64,000 nucleotides of DNA. Origin: Candidatus Woesebacteria bacterium. Its GTDB lineage: Bacteria; Patescibacteriota; Microgenomatia; UBA1400; UBA1396. The notes beneath the pieces were generated by a model. It saw nothing but the letters and a program-made list of their open reading frames with translations, did no database searches and was not told the DNA's origin. Shown one piece after another: positions 9,782-19,303 of this stretch. Position 1 is the first letter of the stretch; every line of letters starts with the position of its first letter. Location: positions 3,389 to 67,388 of the forward strand of contig CAVVNJ010000008.1 in the NCBI GenBank assembly GCA_963749595.1, read 5' to 3'. The position numbers were made by a program, and so were the translations under genes.

Positions 9782-11331
9782 AAAATTGGTTTTACTCGGT
9801 ATACTCTTAATTCGGGAGCGCCATAGGGCCGTTCGTATCGGGCCAGAAGTTCAACTTCGTCAGTGGGTACCTCCATTCGGTCTTGATTCACCACCAACCA
9901 GGTTTCATGCTGCTTGGCTTCCTCCTTAACCCAGGTTGGTAAGAACTTGACCGGGTATTGGTCTAAACCCTCAATACGGAGGTATTTTATTTCCGGAGCG
10001 CGGTCAAAATACATCAATAAACCATCGGGCAGAGTGCCAAATGATCCTTCAGTAACCACTGTTGTCCGTTCGCCACGTCGCGCTCGTTCGAGGAGGGCGT
10101 GCCTGACCTCTGGCAGACCATGGCCGGATGCCCAGGTGGTGAGGTATTGCTCTCGATCTTCCAAAACAAACGGTATTTGACTGGGAGAAAAGATGTTCAG
10201 CAGGGCAAAACGGAGGCTGCCAACGGTAAAGAAAGCAACCAATACCATGAAAACGGTTTGGAAAATTGAATCTTTAGCGCGTTGCACCATCTCCCAGGCT
10301 TCTTCGGTGAAAAGACCAGCGCTGAGCGTTAAGAAAGGGGCCATTGGCAGAAAGTAGCGGGGATGAAGCGTACGTCCATAAAGCACAAGCGGGGCAGCGA
10401 AAATAACCGCTCCAAGCCACCAGAACCAGTGACGTTTGTGATGGTGGGAGACGACCAGAGCTATGACGCTGAGGGACAATAATTCGGGCCGCAAGTATGC
10501 GCTTAACCAACGGACTAAACGGGAAATATTATCGACCGAAACCTGCCAACTGCCGGATAGGAGTTCGCTCGTGGTGAAGGTAAAGTCACCGGAGCGAGAA
10601 AATAATGAGCCGAAAGTCGGTTGTGAGCGGAGCAGGCCGAAAATTACCAAGCCCAATAAACCCGCTGCAGCGAACCAAGCAACTCTTTTTAGCCAGGCGA
10701 GAATTGTCAGAGACGAGATTGGTTTTTGGTCCAGCATAATTGGCCCGCCAAAAGCAAAAAGAACAAAAATGGGCGCAAAAAATAGGGCCGGCGTTTTCGT
10801 CCAGAGAGCCAATCCCCAGCCTATTCCAGTCAGAATTAAGCCGCCAATTCCTGGTCGAAAATGAAGCTTGGTCAGTCCAACGAGCGAGAGGGTTAAGCCT
10901 AAGGTTAATAGCCCGTCCACCAGGGCCATGCGGTGATGAAAAAACCAAAATGGGGCGATGATAATAGTTAGCGCCGCTGCCAGACGCGCGAGCGGTCCGC
11001 CTCGGAATTGGCGAATCAGCCAGTCGGAGAGAAATAGTTGTCCCAGGCCAATTAGGGCGCTAACCGCTCGCGCGGCCCAAAGTGGATCACTGATTACCGA
11101 CAATGCTGGGAGAAGGCTCCAGATGAAAAGCGGCGGTTTGCCGTCATTGAGTGAAAAAAAGGCGTAGCGAGAGGGTTCATGCACGATTAGTTGCGCCCAG
11201 CGGATGTAGATGGCTTCGTCGGCGAAAACTGGCAGACTGGTTAAGCCGGAAAAACGGGAAGCAAGATACGCTCCCACCAGCAGCCAACCGACAATCGTCG
11301 GCTTGGACCAGAATCGCGGTTGAAAGAGCAT
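9778..11331 (-). CDS. GT-C membrane glycosyltransferase (ArnT/PMT_2-like)
   Basis: 517 aa polytopic protein. First extracytoplasmic loop carries ADEAIYIRWAQ. Confidence 0.65.
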   Translation of the reverse strand: MLFQPRFWSKPTIVGWLLVGAYLASRFSGLTSLPVFADEAIYIRWAQLIVHEPSRYAFFSLNDGKPPLFIWSLLPALSVISDPLWAARAVSALIGLGQLFLSDWLIRQFRGGPLARLAAALTIIIAPFWFFHHRMALVDGLLTLGLTLSLVGLTKLHFRPGIGGLILTGIGWGLALWTKTPALFFAPIFVLFAFGGPIMLDQKPISSLTILAWLKRVAWFAAAGLLGLVIFGLLRSQPTFGSLFSRSGDFTFTTSELLSGSWQVSVDNISRLVRWLSAYLRPELLSLSVIALVVSHHHKRHWFWWLGAVIFAAPLVLYGRTLHPRYFLPMAPFLTLSAGLFTEEAWEMVQRAKDSIFQTVFMVLVAFFTVGSLRFALLNIFSPSQIPFVLEDREQYLTTWASGHGLPEVRHALLERARRGERTTVVTEGSFGTLPDGLLMYFDRAPEIKYLRIEGLDQYPVKFLPTWVKEEAKQHETWLVVNQDRMEVPTDEVELLARYERPYGAPELRVYRVKPIL

Positions 11332-11335
11332 GTTG

Positions 11336-12316
11336 TCATTGTAGCTTAGTCCTCGGTGTCTCAGCCAAGGAGAAAGTTATTCTGGCCGTCGTGCCTATCC
11401 CCGGTTGCGAATAAAATTTGCAGGTCCCGCCAAATCTTTGCGGTAATATGTCGCGGATGAAAGCGATGCCTAAACCGGAACCATGGCGCTTGCTGGAATA
11501 AAAACGTCGGCCCAAAAGTCTAATTTGTTCAGCATTCATTCCCGGTCCGTTGTCGATAATTTCGACAATGGCTTGACGCTGTTCGATTTTTCCTTGCAGG
11601 GTGATTAGGCCGGAAGCCGCTTCGCCGATTGCCTCGATGCTATTTTGGACCAAGTTGAGCAATATTTGTCGCAGCAATACTGAGTCACCCTGGACCATTA
11701 AGTTTTCGTCGCAAATAATTTGAATCCTGAGTCCGCGCGCCAGAGCGAGATTGCGGACTAAGTCCTTAGTTTCTCGCATGATTTCCGCTACCCGGACCGT
11801 TTCCCACAACACGGTCTCTTGTCGTAAATTCTGGCGGGCGTGTCGCACAACGGATAAAACATAATGCACTGAGGCGTTGAAGTCGCAGTATTGTTGGTTT
11901 GACAATTGAGGACGAACCTCGCTAAGAAGAGCCGCCAAAGTTGACAGAGGTCCGGAAATGTTATGTAGTACGGCAGCGGTGAAAAAACCCAGCGACTGGA
12001 GGACAGCCGCAGTTTGCCATTGCTGAGTAATTTGTATGGCTTGATCTTCACGCTCGTTAGTCAATCGACGAACCAGTGACTGGAGTAGAAAAATTCGGGA
12101 ACGGTAATGCTGCCTGAGCCGCAATTGACTGACTGCCTGGAGCCAGCTGGTGAGGATTAGTAAGCTGCCAGCAAAATAAAACCTGGGGTCTGGATTGGCT
12201 AACCACCAAAATATAATGACCCACATTGAAGTTATAAACAGCACTGGCGTCAGCCAAGTAGAAAATGGCGGTCGGACACGGGGCAGCCCAACAATTGACC
12301 AATGATGAAGGTCCAT
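11336..12316 (-). CDS. sensor histidine kinase (no cognate response regulator in the window)
   Basis: Two N-terminal TM segments, an H-box-like VLHNISGPLSTL, N box LVQNSIEAI, G1 DNGPGM and G2 GSGLGIAF. Its stop lies 4 nt before the next gene start. Confidence 0.8.
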   Translation of the reverse strand: MDLHHWSIVGLPRVRPPFSTWLTPVLFITSMWVIIFWWLANPDPRFYFAGSLLILTSWLQAVSQLRLRQHYRSRIFLLQSLVRRLTNEREDQAIQITQQWQTAAVLQSLGFFTAAVLHNISGPLSTLAALLSEVRPQLSNQQYCDFNASVHYVLSVVRHARQNLRQETVLWETVRVAEIMRETKDLVRNLALARGLRIQIICDENLMVQGDSVLLRQILLNLVQNSIEAIGEAASGLITLQGKIEQRQAIVEIIDNGPGMNAEQIRLLGRRFYSSKRHGSGLGIAFIRDILPQRFGGTCKFYSQPGIGTTARITFSLAETPRTKLQ

Positions 12317-15300
12317 GCAGTTTTCGAAAAAACTGGGTTAAAGTATATCATAAGCGAAAAGAGGATTTTGGAAACGTATAGCCAGGCTTACCAGCGGCTC
12401 AATCCGGAGCAAAAAATGGCGGTCGACTCGATCGAAGGGCCAGTGTTGGTCTTAGCCGGCCCCGGAACGGGAAAGACCCAGATACTTTCTACCCGCATTG
12501 CCCGCATATTGGACGCGACTGATGTCGAGCCTCACAATATTTTGGCTCTGACTTTCACTAATTCCGGCGCCAAAAATATGCAGCAACGGCTAGTCTCCCT
12601 GATTGGTGCTACCGGGTATGGGGTCAAATGTTCAACTTTTCACAGTTTTTGCGAAGATGTGATTTCTTCCCATGGTGATGCTTTTCCCGTTTTACCCTCG
12701 TCCTTGGATCGGGCGGCGGAGGTCGACCGTTACGAAATTGTAGAAAATATTTTACGAGCGAGCGATTTTCCGCTGCTTAAATCACCCTACGATCCTTTTG
12801 CGAATGTCAGGTCGATTCTATCGCTGATCTCCAACTACAAGCGCGAGGGGCAAGATATTGGTTCACTCCGGGTTTTGGCGGAGAACGAGTTGGTCCTGGT
12901 CGATTCCGGAGAGCTAAAAAAAACGGCGGCTACCCAGCGGCGCAAAATAGCGGAAAAAAACCTGGAATTTTTACAGATTTTTGCCGAATACGAACGAATG
13001 ATGCGCGAGAAAGGTCTCTTTGATTTCGACGATATCATTTTATGGGTGCGGGACGCTTTTCGTCGTAATCACGAACTGGTGGCGGAATATCAGGAGCGGT
13101 ATCAATACTTTTTGATTGATGAATTCCAAGATACCAATCAGGCTCAACTGCAAGTAGTTCAAGAATTAAGTGCTTTTTGGGGTGAGCAGGCCAACGTCTT
13201 TGCGGTCGGGGATCCGAACCAATCGATTTATCGGTTTCAGGGAGCATCGCTGGCCAACACGCTGAGTTTTTTGACGCTATACCCAAAGGCACAGGTAATA
13301 GTATTACGAACTGGTTATCGTTGCGGCCAACCAATTTACGATGCCGCCGCTCAGTTAATCAAAAATAATCAGTTAGTGTTAAACGACGAACGGTTGTCCG
13401 ATCTTTATGAGCCTTTGCGTCATTACCTTAATCACTCCGCCAAGCTACAACAGCATCAGGCAGCCAATACTCTGACGGAGTGTTTGTGGATTGCTGAGGA
13501 AATCACCAAGTTGAAGGAATCTGGCGTATCACTGGACGAGATAGCGGTTTTGTACCGCAATCATAAGCACGTTCGCCTTTTGGAAGCGGTGTTGGAAAAA
13601 GCCGGTCTGCCTTTTGAAATCGACGACGGGGCCAGTATTTTGGACCATCCGTTTATCGGGCAAATTGTTAAATTGTTAACACTGCTGGTTCAATTGCGGC
13701 GGGGTGATGAGGCGCCGAAGATCCTGCCAGTATTGCAACAACCTTGGTTTGATCTGGACGCTCAGGATGTGCTGGAGGTGGCGCGAGCGGCGCAAACGGC
13801 GCGGACTGGTGAAAGTCCATGGCAGGTTCTCAGTGACGATCAGCGACTAGGCACGATCACTTTGCGTAAACCCGCGCCTTTGCGCCGCCTGCGAGACAAC
13901 CTGATCCGGTGGCAACATCGTGATGGGCAGGTTCCAGTGAACACCCTAGTGGAAGAAGTCTTGCGCGAGTCGGGGATATTTTCCGCTGCCCTGGCAGGCG
14001 ATCTACCGCTGGTTAATCTGAACGCTCTCACCAGCTGGTTGCGCGCGGCTCAGGATTGGTCACGACAAAATCCGACCGGTCAGTTAGCCGACTGGTTGGA
14101 GCGCTTGGAGCGGATGCGTCGTCATGGATTGGGGATTGCCGAAAATGATCTCGATTTACGCCAGCAGGCGATTCATTTATCCTCGGTCCACAAGGCCAAG
14201 GGTCAGGAATGGGATCAGGTTTTCTTGCTCCATGCTCAGGATGGGTATTGGGGTAATCGGCGGGCCAAAAATGAAATTAAACCCCTTCCCGGTACGGTTC
14301 CTTACGCGGAGCTCGATAAACAAGAGCACAACGAGGACGAGCGACGTTTGTTCTACGTTGCTTTAACCCGGGCCAAAAAAACACTGAGCGTCTGTTGGAG
14401 CCAAAGAGCGGCGGAGGGAGACCGAATCAAGGAACTCCAGCCGACCCAGTTTTTGGCCGAAACGGCCAGCGAGCCCTGGCAGAGTTTACCGGGTTTGGCG
14501 TCAGAACTGGTTCGGGATCGTTTGGCTACTTATTTGAATACCAGCTCCAACCAGTGGTTATCCACCCAGGTTGATCGTGACTGGATTAAATCCTTGCTCA
14601 GCAACTTTTCTTTGTCGGCGAGCGCCCTAGATGCATATGAGGAATGTCCGGCCAATTTTCTTTTTTCGCGCGTGATCCGCATCCCCTTACCACCAAGTGC
14701 TCCAATGGCCGTTGGCAACGGGGCGCACGCGGCCATGGAGCAGATTTATCGACGTCTAGCCGAGGGTTCTTTGCCCCCGTTAGAAACGGTCCTGAAAAAA
14801 GTCGATTCGGAAATTGCGAAACATCCTTTTCCGGTCGCGCAGTTGCCAATCTTGGCGGCCGAGGCTAAGACCTTGATCACTGATTATTTTCACGCTTTTT
14901 CTGATACTTTTTTGCCGGCGCTAGAGGTTGAAAAAAGCCTCGGCCGCACGCCACCCATCGTCTTTGCCGATTTACCTTTGGTCGGCAAAATTGACCGGAT
15001 TGATTTGCTCAGCGGAGTCGATCGGACGGTTCGCGTGATCGACTACAAAACCGCGAAACCCAAAACCCGCCAGACTCTGCTCGGCCAAAATCAGGAAAAA
15101 AATACCTATCTCCGGCAGCTTTCTTTCTACGCTCTGCTGGCGGAGTTGGATCCGAGTTTTCCCTACCGGGTTACGGAGGGCGAAATTGTTTTCTTGCGTC
15201 ATAAGGATAATGGGAAATATAGTTCCGAGGCTTTCGAAATCCTGCCGGAACGAATTGAAGAACTGAAGCAACTTTTGCGGACGATCAAACAAGAATTGGA

Positions 15301-15424
15301 TTCATTGGCTTTTCTCGATCGGCCTCCCTGTGGCACTTGCGAAGTTTGTGTTCATCTGGGCTTGGTCGGCTCGGAACTAGACCACTGGTCGCGAGTGGAC
15401 GAGGAAAATTTCAACGCCAGCTAG
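12302..15424 (+). CDS. UvrD/PcrA-type helicase fused to a PD-(D/E)xK nuclease with a Cys cluster (AddA/AddB-like single chain)
   Basis: AGPGTGKT, DEFQDTNQ, VHKAKGQEWD and VALTRAK helicase motifs. C-terminal GKIDRID...IDYKT nuclease motif plus YEECP...CGTCEVC cysteines. The start codon is uncertain: ATG 12302 or TTG 12368. Confidence 0.8.
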   Translation: MMKVHAVFEKTGLKYIISEKRILETYSQAYQRLNPEQKMAVDSIEGPVLVLAGPGTGKTQILSTRIARILDATDVEPHNILALTFTNSGAKNMQQRLVSLIGATGYGVKCSTFHSFCEDVISSHGDAFPVLPSSLDRAAEVDRYEIVENILRASDFPLLKSPYDPFANVRSILSLISNYKREGQDIGSLRVLAENELVLVDSGELKKTAATQRRKIAEKNLEFLQIFAEYERMMREKGLFDFDDIILWVRDAFRRNHELVAEYQERYQYFLIDEFQDTNQAQLQVVQELSAFWGEQANVFAVGDPNQSIYRFQGASLANTLSFLTLYPKAQVIVLRTGYRCGQPIYDAAAQLIKNNQLVLNDERLSDLYEPLRHYLNHSAKLQQHQAANTLTECLWIAEEITKLKESGVSLDEIAVLYRNHKHVRLLEAVLEKAGLPFEIDDGASILDHPFIGQIVKLLTLLVQLRRGDEAPKILPVLQQPWFDLDAQDVLEVARAAQTARTGESPWQVLSDDQRLGTITLRKPAPLRRLRDNLIRWQHRDGQVPVNTLVEEVLRESGIFSAALAGDLPLVNLNALTSWLRAAQDWSRQNPTGQLADWLERLERMRRHGLGIAENDLDLRQQAIHLSSVHKAKGQEWDQVFLLHAQDGYWGNRRAKNEIKPLPGTVPYAELDKQEHNEDERRLFYVALTRAKKTLSVCWSQRAAEGDRIKELQPTQFLAETASEPWQSLPGLASELVRDRLATYLNTSSNQWLSTQVDRDWIKSLLSNFSLSASALDAYEECPANFLFSRVIRIPLPPSAPMAVGNGAHAAMEQIYRRLAEGSLPPLETVLKKVDSEIAKHPFPVAQLPILAAEAKTLITDYFHAFSDTFLPALEVEKSLGRTPPIVFADLPLVGKIDRIDLLSGVDRTVRVIDYKTAKPKTRQTLLGQNQEKNTYLRQLSFYALLAELDPSFPYRVTEGEIVFLRHKDNGKYSSEAFEILPERIEELKQLLRTIKQELDSLAFLDRPPCGTCEVCVHLGLVGSELDHWSRVDEENFNAS

Positions 15425-16718
15425 GTAAGAGGAAAAATATTTTCCCCCAAACTTCCGCCACCGGCAGGGCAGTCCAGTTTGGCAAGAAAACCACAAATGC
15501 CAGAGCGGCCAAGCTTACATAACTAATCGCCAGCCAACGACCTGGTTTGCCAGACCGGCTGAGTAATCGCAGCTGCCCAGCCAAGAGCAGACAAAGGAAC
15601 GGCACCGCCGGCAGATAGTGGTAGAAGAACATAATTCGCGGCGAAGCCAGCCAAGGTACCCAGGGAAGTAAATAAGCCAGCAGCAAAAAGCGGTACTGCT
15701 CGGATTCTAATTTTAACGGGGTGGATAATTTGCGCCGACGGAGAAATCGGAGGGCTAGAACCAGGCTGCTAAGGGCCGCAACTGCCCCGCCCCAAAAAAC
15801 CAGTGGATTGCCAAGCATATACATGTTTTGCAGTTTGCTAGGTTCGTCATAATTGGCGTAGGTGTAAACCGGGCGGAGGTCTAAAACCCATTGCAGCGGA
15901 GTCGATTGGTAGGGATGCGTGGCCTTGAGATTGGTTTGATACCACCAAATTTGACGGTGCAGCTCGCGAAAATGATCCCAAGTTTTTCCCTGGGCGAACA
16001 TTTGGCTGTAACTCAACAAATAGATACTAGGTACTAAAATTACTAATGTGCCTAGTAGTGACAGAAAAGCGGGTAGGTGTTGACGCCAGTGTTTATTTTT
16101 TATCACCAAGTCGACGAGCTGATCGCCAACCAAAATGGCGCTGATAAAGATTCCCGACCATTTGCTGGCGGCGGCCAATCCGGCCGCCGCCGCGACGAGC
16201 AGGGTTCGGATTTCGGACGGCCGTTTTTTCCAGCGCTGGTAGAGCCAAGCCGTCAGCACGAAAAAGAAACTGACATGAGCATCGTTCATAGCAATACGCG
16301 AAGTAGTTAGCGCCAGGCCGTCCAATGAGAGCAATCCCATGGCCAACAGGGCGACCGAGGTCGGCAAGCCTAGCTCAATCGCCAGGAAGTAAGTCACGAT
16401 GACAGTTCCGGTGCCAAAGATCGCCGAACTAATTCGCCAACCAAAACTGTTTTCGCCAAAAATCTTCATTCCGACCGCCTGCGTCAACTTGGCAAACGGT
16501 GGGTGTAGCCAGTCCACGGCGGTGTTGGGTTCAGGCGGAGGATTAGTCCATTCATAGGCCCGCGGATCGTTATGCAAAATCAACTTGGCTGTGACCGCGT
16601 GATAGACCTCATCAAAATAGTATTCCGGTGGGAAGCCGAGCCGCCAGACCCGGGTGATCAGGGCAAACAGGAGGATGAAAGCAAAAAGAAAGTGAGTTGG
16701 TTTCCAACGTTTTGACAT
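15411..16718 (-). CDS. GT39/PMT-type membrane glycosyltransferase
   Basis: YYFDEVYHAVTA loop motif in a polytopic protein. ATG at 16718 (MSKRWKPTHFLF...) is preferred to the long track start at 16916. Confidence 0.7.
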   Translation of the reverse strand: MSKRWKPTHFLFAFILLFALITRVWRLGFPPEYYFDEVYHAVTAKLILHNDPRAYEWTNPPPEPNTAVDWLHPPFAKLTQAVGMKIFGENSFGWRISSAIFGTGTVIVTYFLAIELGLPTSVALLAMGLLSLDGLALTTSRIAMNDAHVSFFFVLTAWLYQRWKKRPSEIRTLLVAAAAGLAAASKWSGIFISAILVGDQLVDLVIKNKHWRQHLPAFLSLLGTLVILVPSIYLLSYSQMFAQGKTWDHFRELHRQIWWYQTNLKATHPYQSTPLQWVLDLRPVYTYANYDEPSKLQNMYMLGNPLVFWGGAVAALSSLVLALRFLRRRKLSTPLKLESEQYRFLLLAYLLPWVPWLASPRIMFFYHYLPAVPFLCLLLAGQLRLLSRSGKPGRWLAISYVSLAALAFVVFLPNWTALPVAEVWGKIFFLLPSWR

Positions 16719-16757
16719 GCTGATAGCATACCGCACCGGAAACCGTACAATAAGGAC

Positions 16758-18380
16758 GTGACTATTCGAACGTGGTTTCAGCATAATCCTTGGCGGATCG
16801 CTTTGTTGGCAACTTGGGGCGCCTGGTTTGTCGGACTTTGGCCGCGCTGGTTTGTAGTTAATGAAGCGGGAATTTGGTCTGGACAGCCGTTCATTTGGGC
16901 GGACTGGAGCGTTCATTTAACCTATTTGTCCCATTTTCGCTACACTCCTTGGTACCAGTGGTTTAGCCATCACCCCGTTTTTTCTCTGGAGCACTCAACT
17001 TACCCGCCACTGCCAAATCTTCTCTCGTCCGGACTGACTTGGCTCGGAGTTCCCTTGGGTCCGGCGATGTTGATTCCGGTGATTATTGCCACCGCTGCTT
17101 TGCTCTGGCTTTTATACGAGTGGTTCTTGCGCCAGCATTTGTCGGAGCGGGCCAGTTTTACCGGGGTGACGCTTTTCCTTCTTTCCGGATCCTGGGGTTG
17201 GCTTACCTGGCTGCAGGCAGTTCAACGCAATGGCATCAGCGAAATTCAATTTCCCAGTCGTCTCTATACCCAGATTCTTGAACAACATTTAGTTTGGTTG
17301 AATCCAATCGCTGGCATGGTTCTGCCCCAACGCTCCTTTTTACTCGGTTTTCCGATTTTGCTCTGGTTGCTAATTAAGCTGCGACAGATCTGCTTAGGGA
17401 GCGCTAGCACTCGACTTGAACCGGTTCGTCTGGCTTTTATTACGGCGATTTTATTTCTGACCCACACTCATAGTTTTTTGGCACTGGGCTTGCTCTGCGC
17501 ATTCTGGTTTTTGGTTTTCCCTAACCGCTGGCGATTCTGGATTCGCTATGGCTTGGCTACCGCACTGTTTATTTTCCCCTGGTACTGGTTAGTTTTGCGC
17601 GGCTCGGGTGCCATTGATGCCTTTGCGATCGATCTGGGATGGATGAGCAGGGAGCCTTTTTCGTTGGTTAATTGGCTGGTTTTTTGGCTGAAAAATTGGG
17701 GATTCACCCTGCCCCTGGCGCTGTTGGGATGGTGGCATTCGTCACGGCGCGAACGGTTGTGGTCAGCGGCTTTCTTTGGTCTATTTTTGTTCGCGAATAT
17801 TGTTCGGACGCAAAACTATGACTGGGACAATGGAAAATTACTAATTGTGTCCTTGGTTGGGCTATTGCCACTGATGTTGCGCGAACTACGAACTTGGTTG
17901 CACTGGAGTGCACCTAGGCTTGGAGCGCTTTCATTAGTAGTAGTGGTACTGTTAAGCATTTGGTCAGGTTCGCTGGAAGCGATCAGAGTTTCGCAACCAC
18001 AACGGACTTTTTGGATTATGGCCGGGCCCAGAGAAATTGAGTTTGCCCGACGTGTACGGGAAATTGTTCCGCCCAACGAGATTGTTTTAACTTCTGACTC
18101 GCATAATCATCCGGTGCCAATGCTGGCCGGTCGGCCGGTTTTGCTGGGCTATATTGGTTGGGTTTGGAGTTATGGTTTTGATTACGGACAAGTCGAGGCT
18201 GACGTGAAGACGATGTTTACCGATACGGCTAGATCGAGATTTTTACGCCGGCAATATGGGATTCGTTATGTAGCGGTCGGGCCTTCGGAACGGGAGAAAT
18301 TTGACGGTACAATTTTTCCGCAGCGGGAATGTCAGGAAAAAGTTCGAGTTGAGAGCTATACCTTGCTTGAGTGTGATTAG
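16758..18380 (+). CDS. polytopic membrane protein with C-terminal soluble domain, function unknown
   Basis: 540 aa with about 12 hydrophobic segments. The GTG start lies 6 nt after a TACAAT box (16746-16751). Confidence 0.5.
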   Translation: MTIRTWFQHNPWRIALLATWGAWFVGLWPRWFVVNEAGIWSGQPFIWADWSVHLTYLSHFRYTPWYQWFSHHPVFSLEHSTYPPLPNLLSSGLTWLGVPLGPAMLIPVIIATAALLWLLYEWFLRQHLSERASFTGVTLFLLSGSWGWLTWLQAVQRNGISEIQFPSRLYTQILEQHLVWLNPIAGMVLPQRSFLLGFPILLWLLIKLRQICLGSASTRLEPVRLAFITAILFLTHTHSFLALGLLCAFWFLVFPNRWRFWIRYGLATALFIFPWYWLVLRGSGAIDAFAIDLGWMSREPFSLVNWLVFWLKNWGFTLPLALLGWWHSSRRERLWSAAFFGLFLFANIVRTQNYDWDNGKLLIVSLVGLLPLMLRELRTWLHWSAPRLGALSLVVVVLLSIWSGSLEAIRVSQPQRTFWIMAGPREIEFARRVREIVPPNEIVLTSDSHNHPVPMLAGRPVLLGYIGWVWSYGFDYGQVEADVKTMFTDTARSRFLRRQYGIRYVAVGPSEREKFDGTIFPQRECQEKVRVESYTLLECD

Positions 18381-18486
18381 AGCCAGCGATGCGCAGTTCA
18401 CCTTCACAGGTTGCTTTTTTGGTAAATATGTGATTAATTATCACTTGGTGGCGATCCAAACTTGCTGCTAAACAGCACGGAATTTC

Positions 18487-18519
18487 GACCCCTCTCAAAT
18501 CGAGAGAGGTCATTTTTTT
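18487..18519 (+). terminator. intrinsic terminator
   Basis: GACCCCTCTC-AAATC-GAGAGAGGTC hairpin with one mismatch, followed by T7. Confidence 0.7.
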
Positions 18520-18541
18520 GTAATAATTTTGAAGGATTAAA

Positions 18542-19216
18542 TCACAACCTCGCAAACTCCACCGGATCCAAACTAGCTTTGCCGACTAGTACTCCGTCGA
18601 TCGAGTCTTGATGCAAGTACGTCAGCGAATTTTCGTGGTCCACACTGCCGCCATATAAAATCGGGGTTTCAGCCCGGAAGATTTGTCGCAATTTCTTGAT
18701 ATGCTCCATGGTTACCGGAAGCGGATCCTCGTGACCCCCGAATGTGCTGATGGCGTGAACCGGTTCGTAAGCAATAATGAGGTTTTTCAAATGCTCATGA
18801 CTGAGCTGTTTCATTTGTTCTTTCGCCTCGTCCATATCAATGCAGATGATCGGGGTAATTTCGTAGGAAAGCGCTTCGTCCGCTTTTTGCGCCACCAAAC
18901 GCGAGGTTTCCCCTAAGTACTTGCGGCGCTCGGAGTGGCCGAGAATGACATATTCCACCTTGAGACCTTGTAAAGAATAACCCGCCACCTCCCCCGTATA
19001 AGCGCCGGCGTCAAAAGGGCTGATGTTTTGAACACCAACCAAGTAGAGACCGCGCGACAGTTCGCTAATGACCGGCACGAGCGGCAACGGGGGACAAACC
19101 ACGTACTTGGCGTATTTTTGTCGTTCTTGTTGGCGAAAAGTCTCAGCCCAGCGCCGAGCCTCACTCACGGTCTTGTTGGATTTCCAGTTGGCAACGATCA
19201 ACTTTTTCTGCGGCAT
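18542..19216 (-). CDS. tpiA: triosephosphate isomerase
   Basis: VANWKSNKT and GHSERR motifs, with a (beta/alpha)8-sized protein of 224 aa. Confidence 0.85.
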   Translation of the reverse strand: MPQKKLIVANWKSNKTVSEARRWAETFRQQERQKYAKYVVCPPLPLVPVISELSRGLYLVGVQNISPFDAGAYTGEVAGYSLQGLKVEYVILGHSERRKYLGETSRLVAQKADEALSYEITPIICIDMDEAKEQMKQLSHEHLKNLIIAYEPVHAISTFGGHEDPLPVTMEHIKKLRQIFRAETPILYGGSVDHENSLTYLHQDSIDGVLVGKASLDPVEFARL

Positions 19217-19303
19217 ATTGACTCTTACTCTAACAAAAAATCCGGCGGGAATCGAGCATTCCCTGGTTATCTTCGGCGTGGAGATAGGTTAAAATAACCC
19301 CTC

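Noticed and set aside
10463-10864. Numerous 60-150-aa ORFs antisense to or overlapping the large genes (e.g. 10463..10864, 2140..2580, 20301..20819, 32138..32512, 46532..47185)
   Set aside because: They lie inside well-supported genes on the opposite strand or in other frames. They are Arg/Pro/Gly-rich in the way GC-rich shadow frames are, and they have no motifs. All are treated as non-coding.
16719-16916. N-terminal extension of the GT39 ORF (track start 16916)
   Set aside because: The extension is basic and Pro-rich, has no TM segment, and overlaps the divergent gene starting at 16758. The ATG at 16718 gives the typical short cytoplasmic N-terminus followed by TM1.
18229-18555. 108-aa minus-strand ORF between the membrane-protein gene and tpiA
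   Set aside because: It overlaps the 3' end of 16758..18380 and the terminator hairpin. It has no RBS or motif and shows atypical composition. It was judged spurious.
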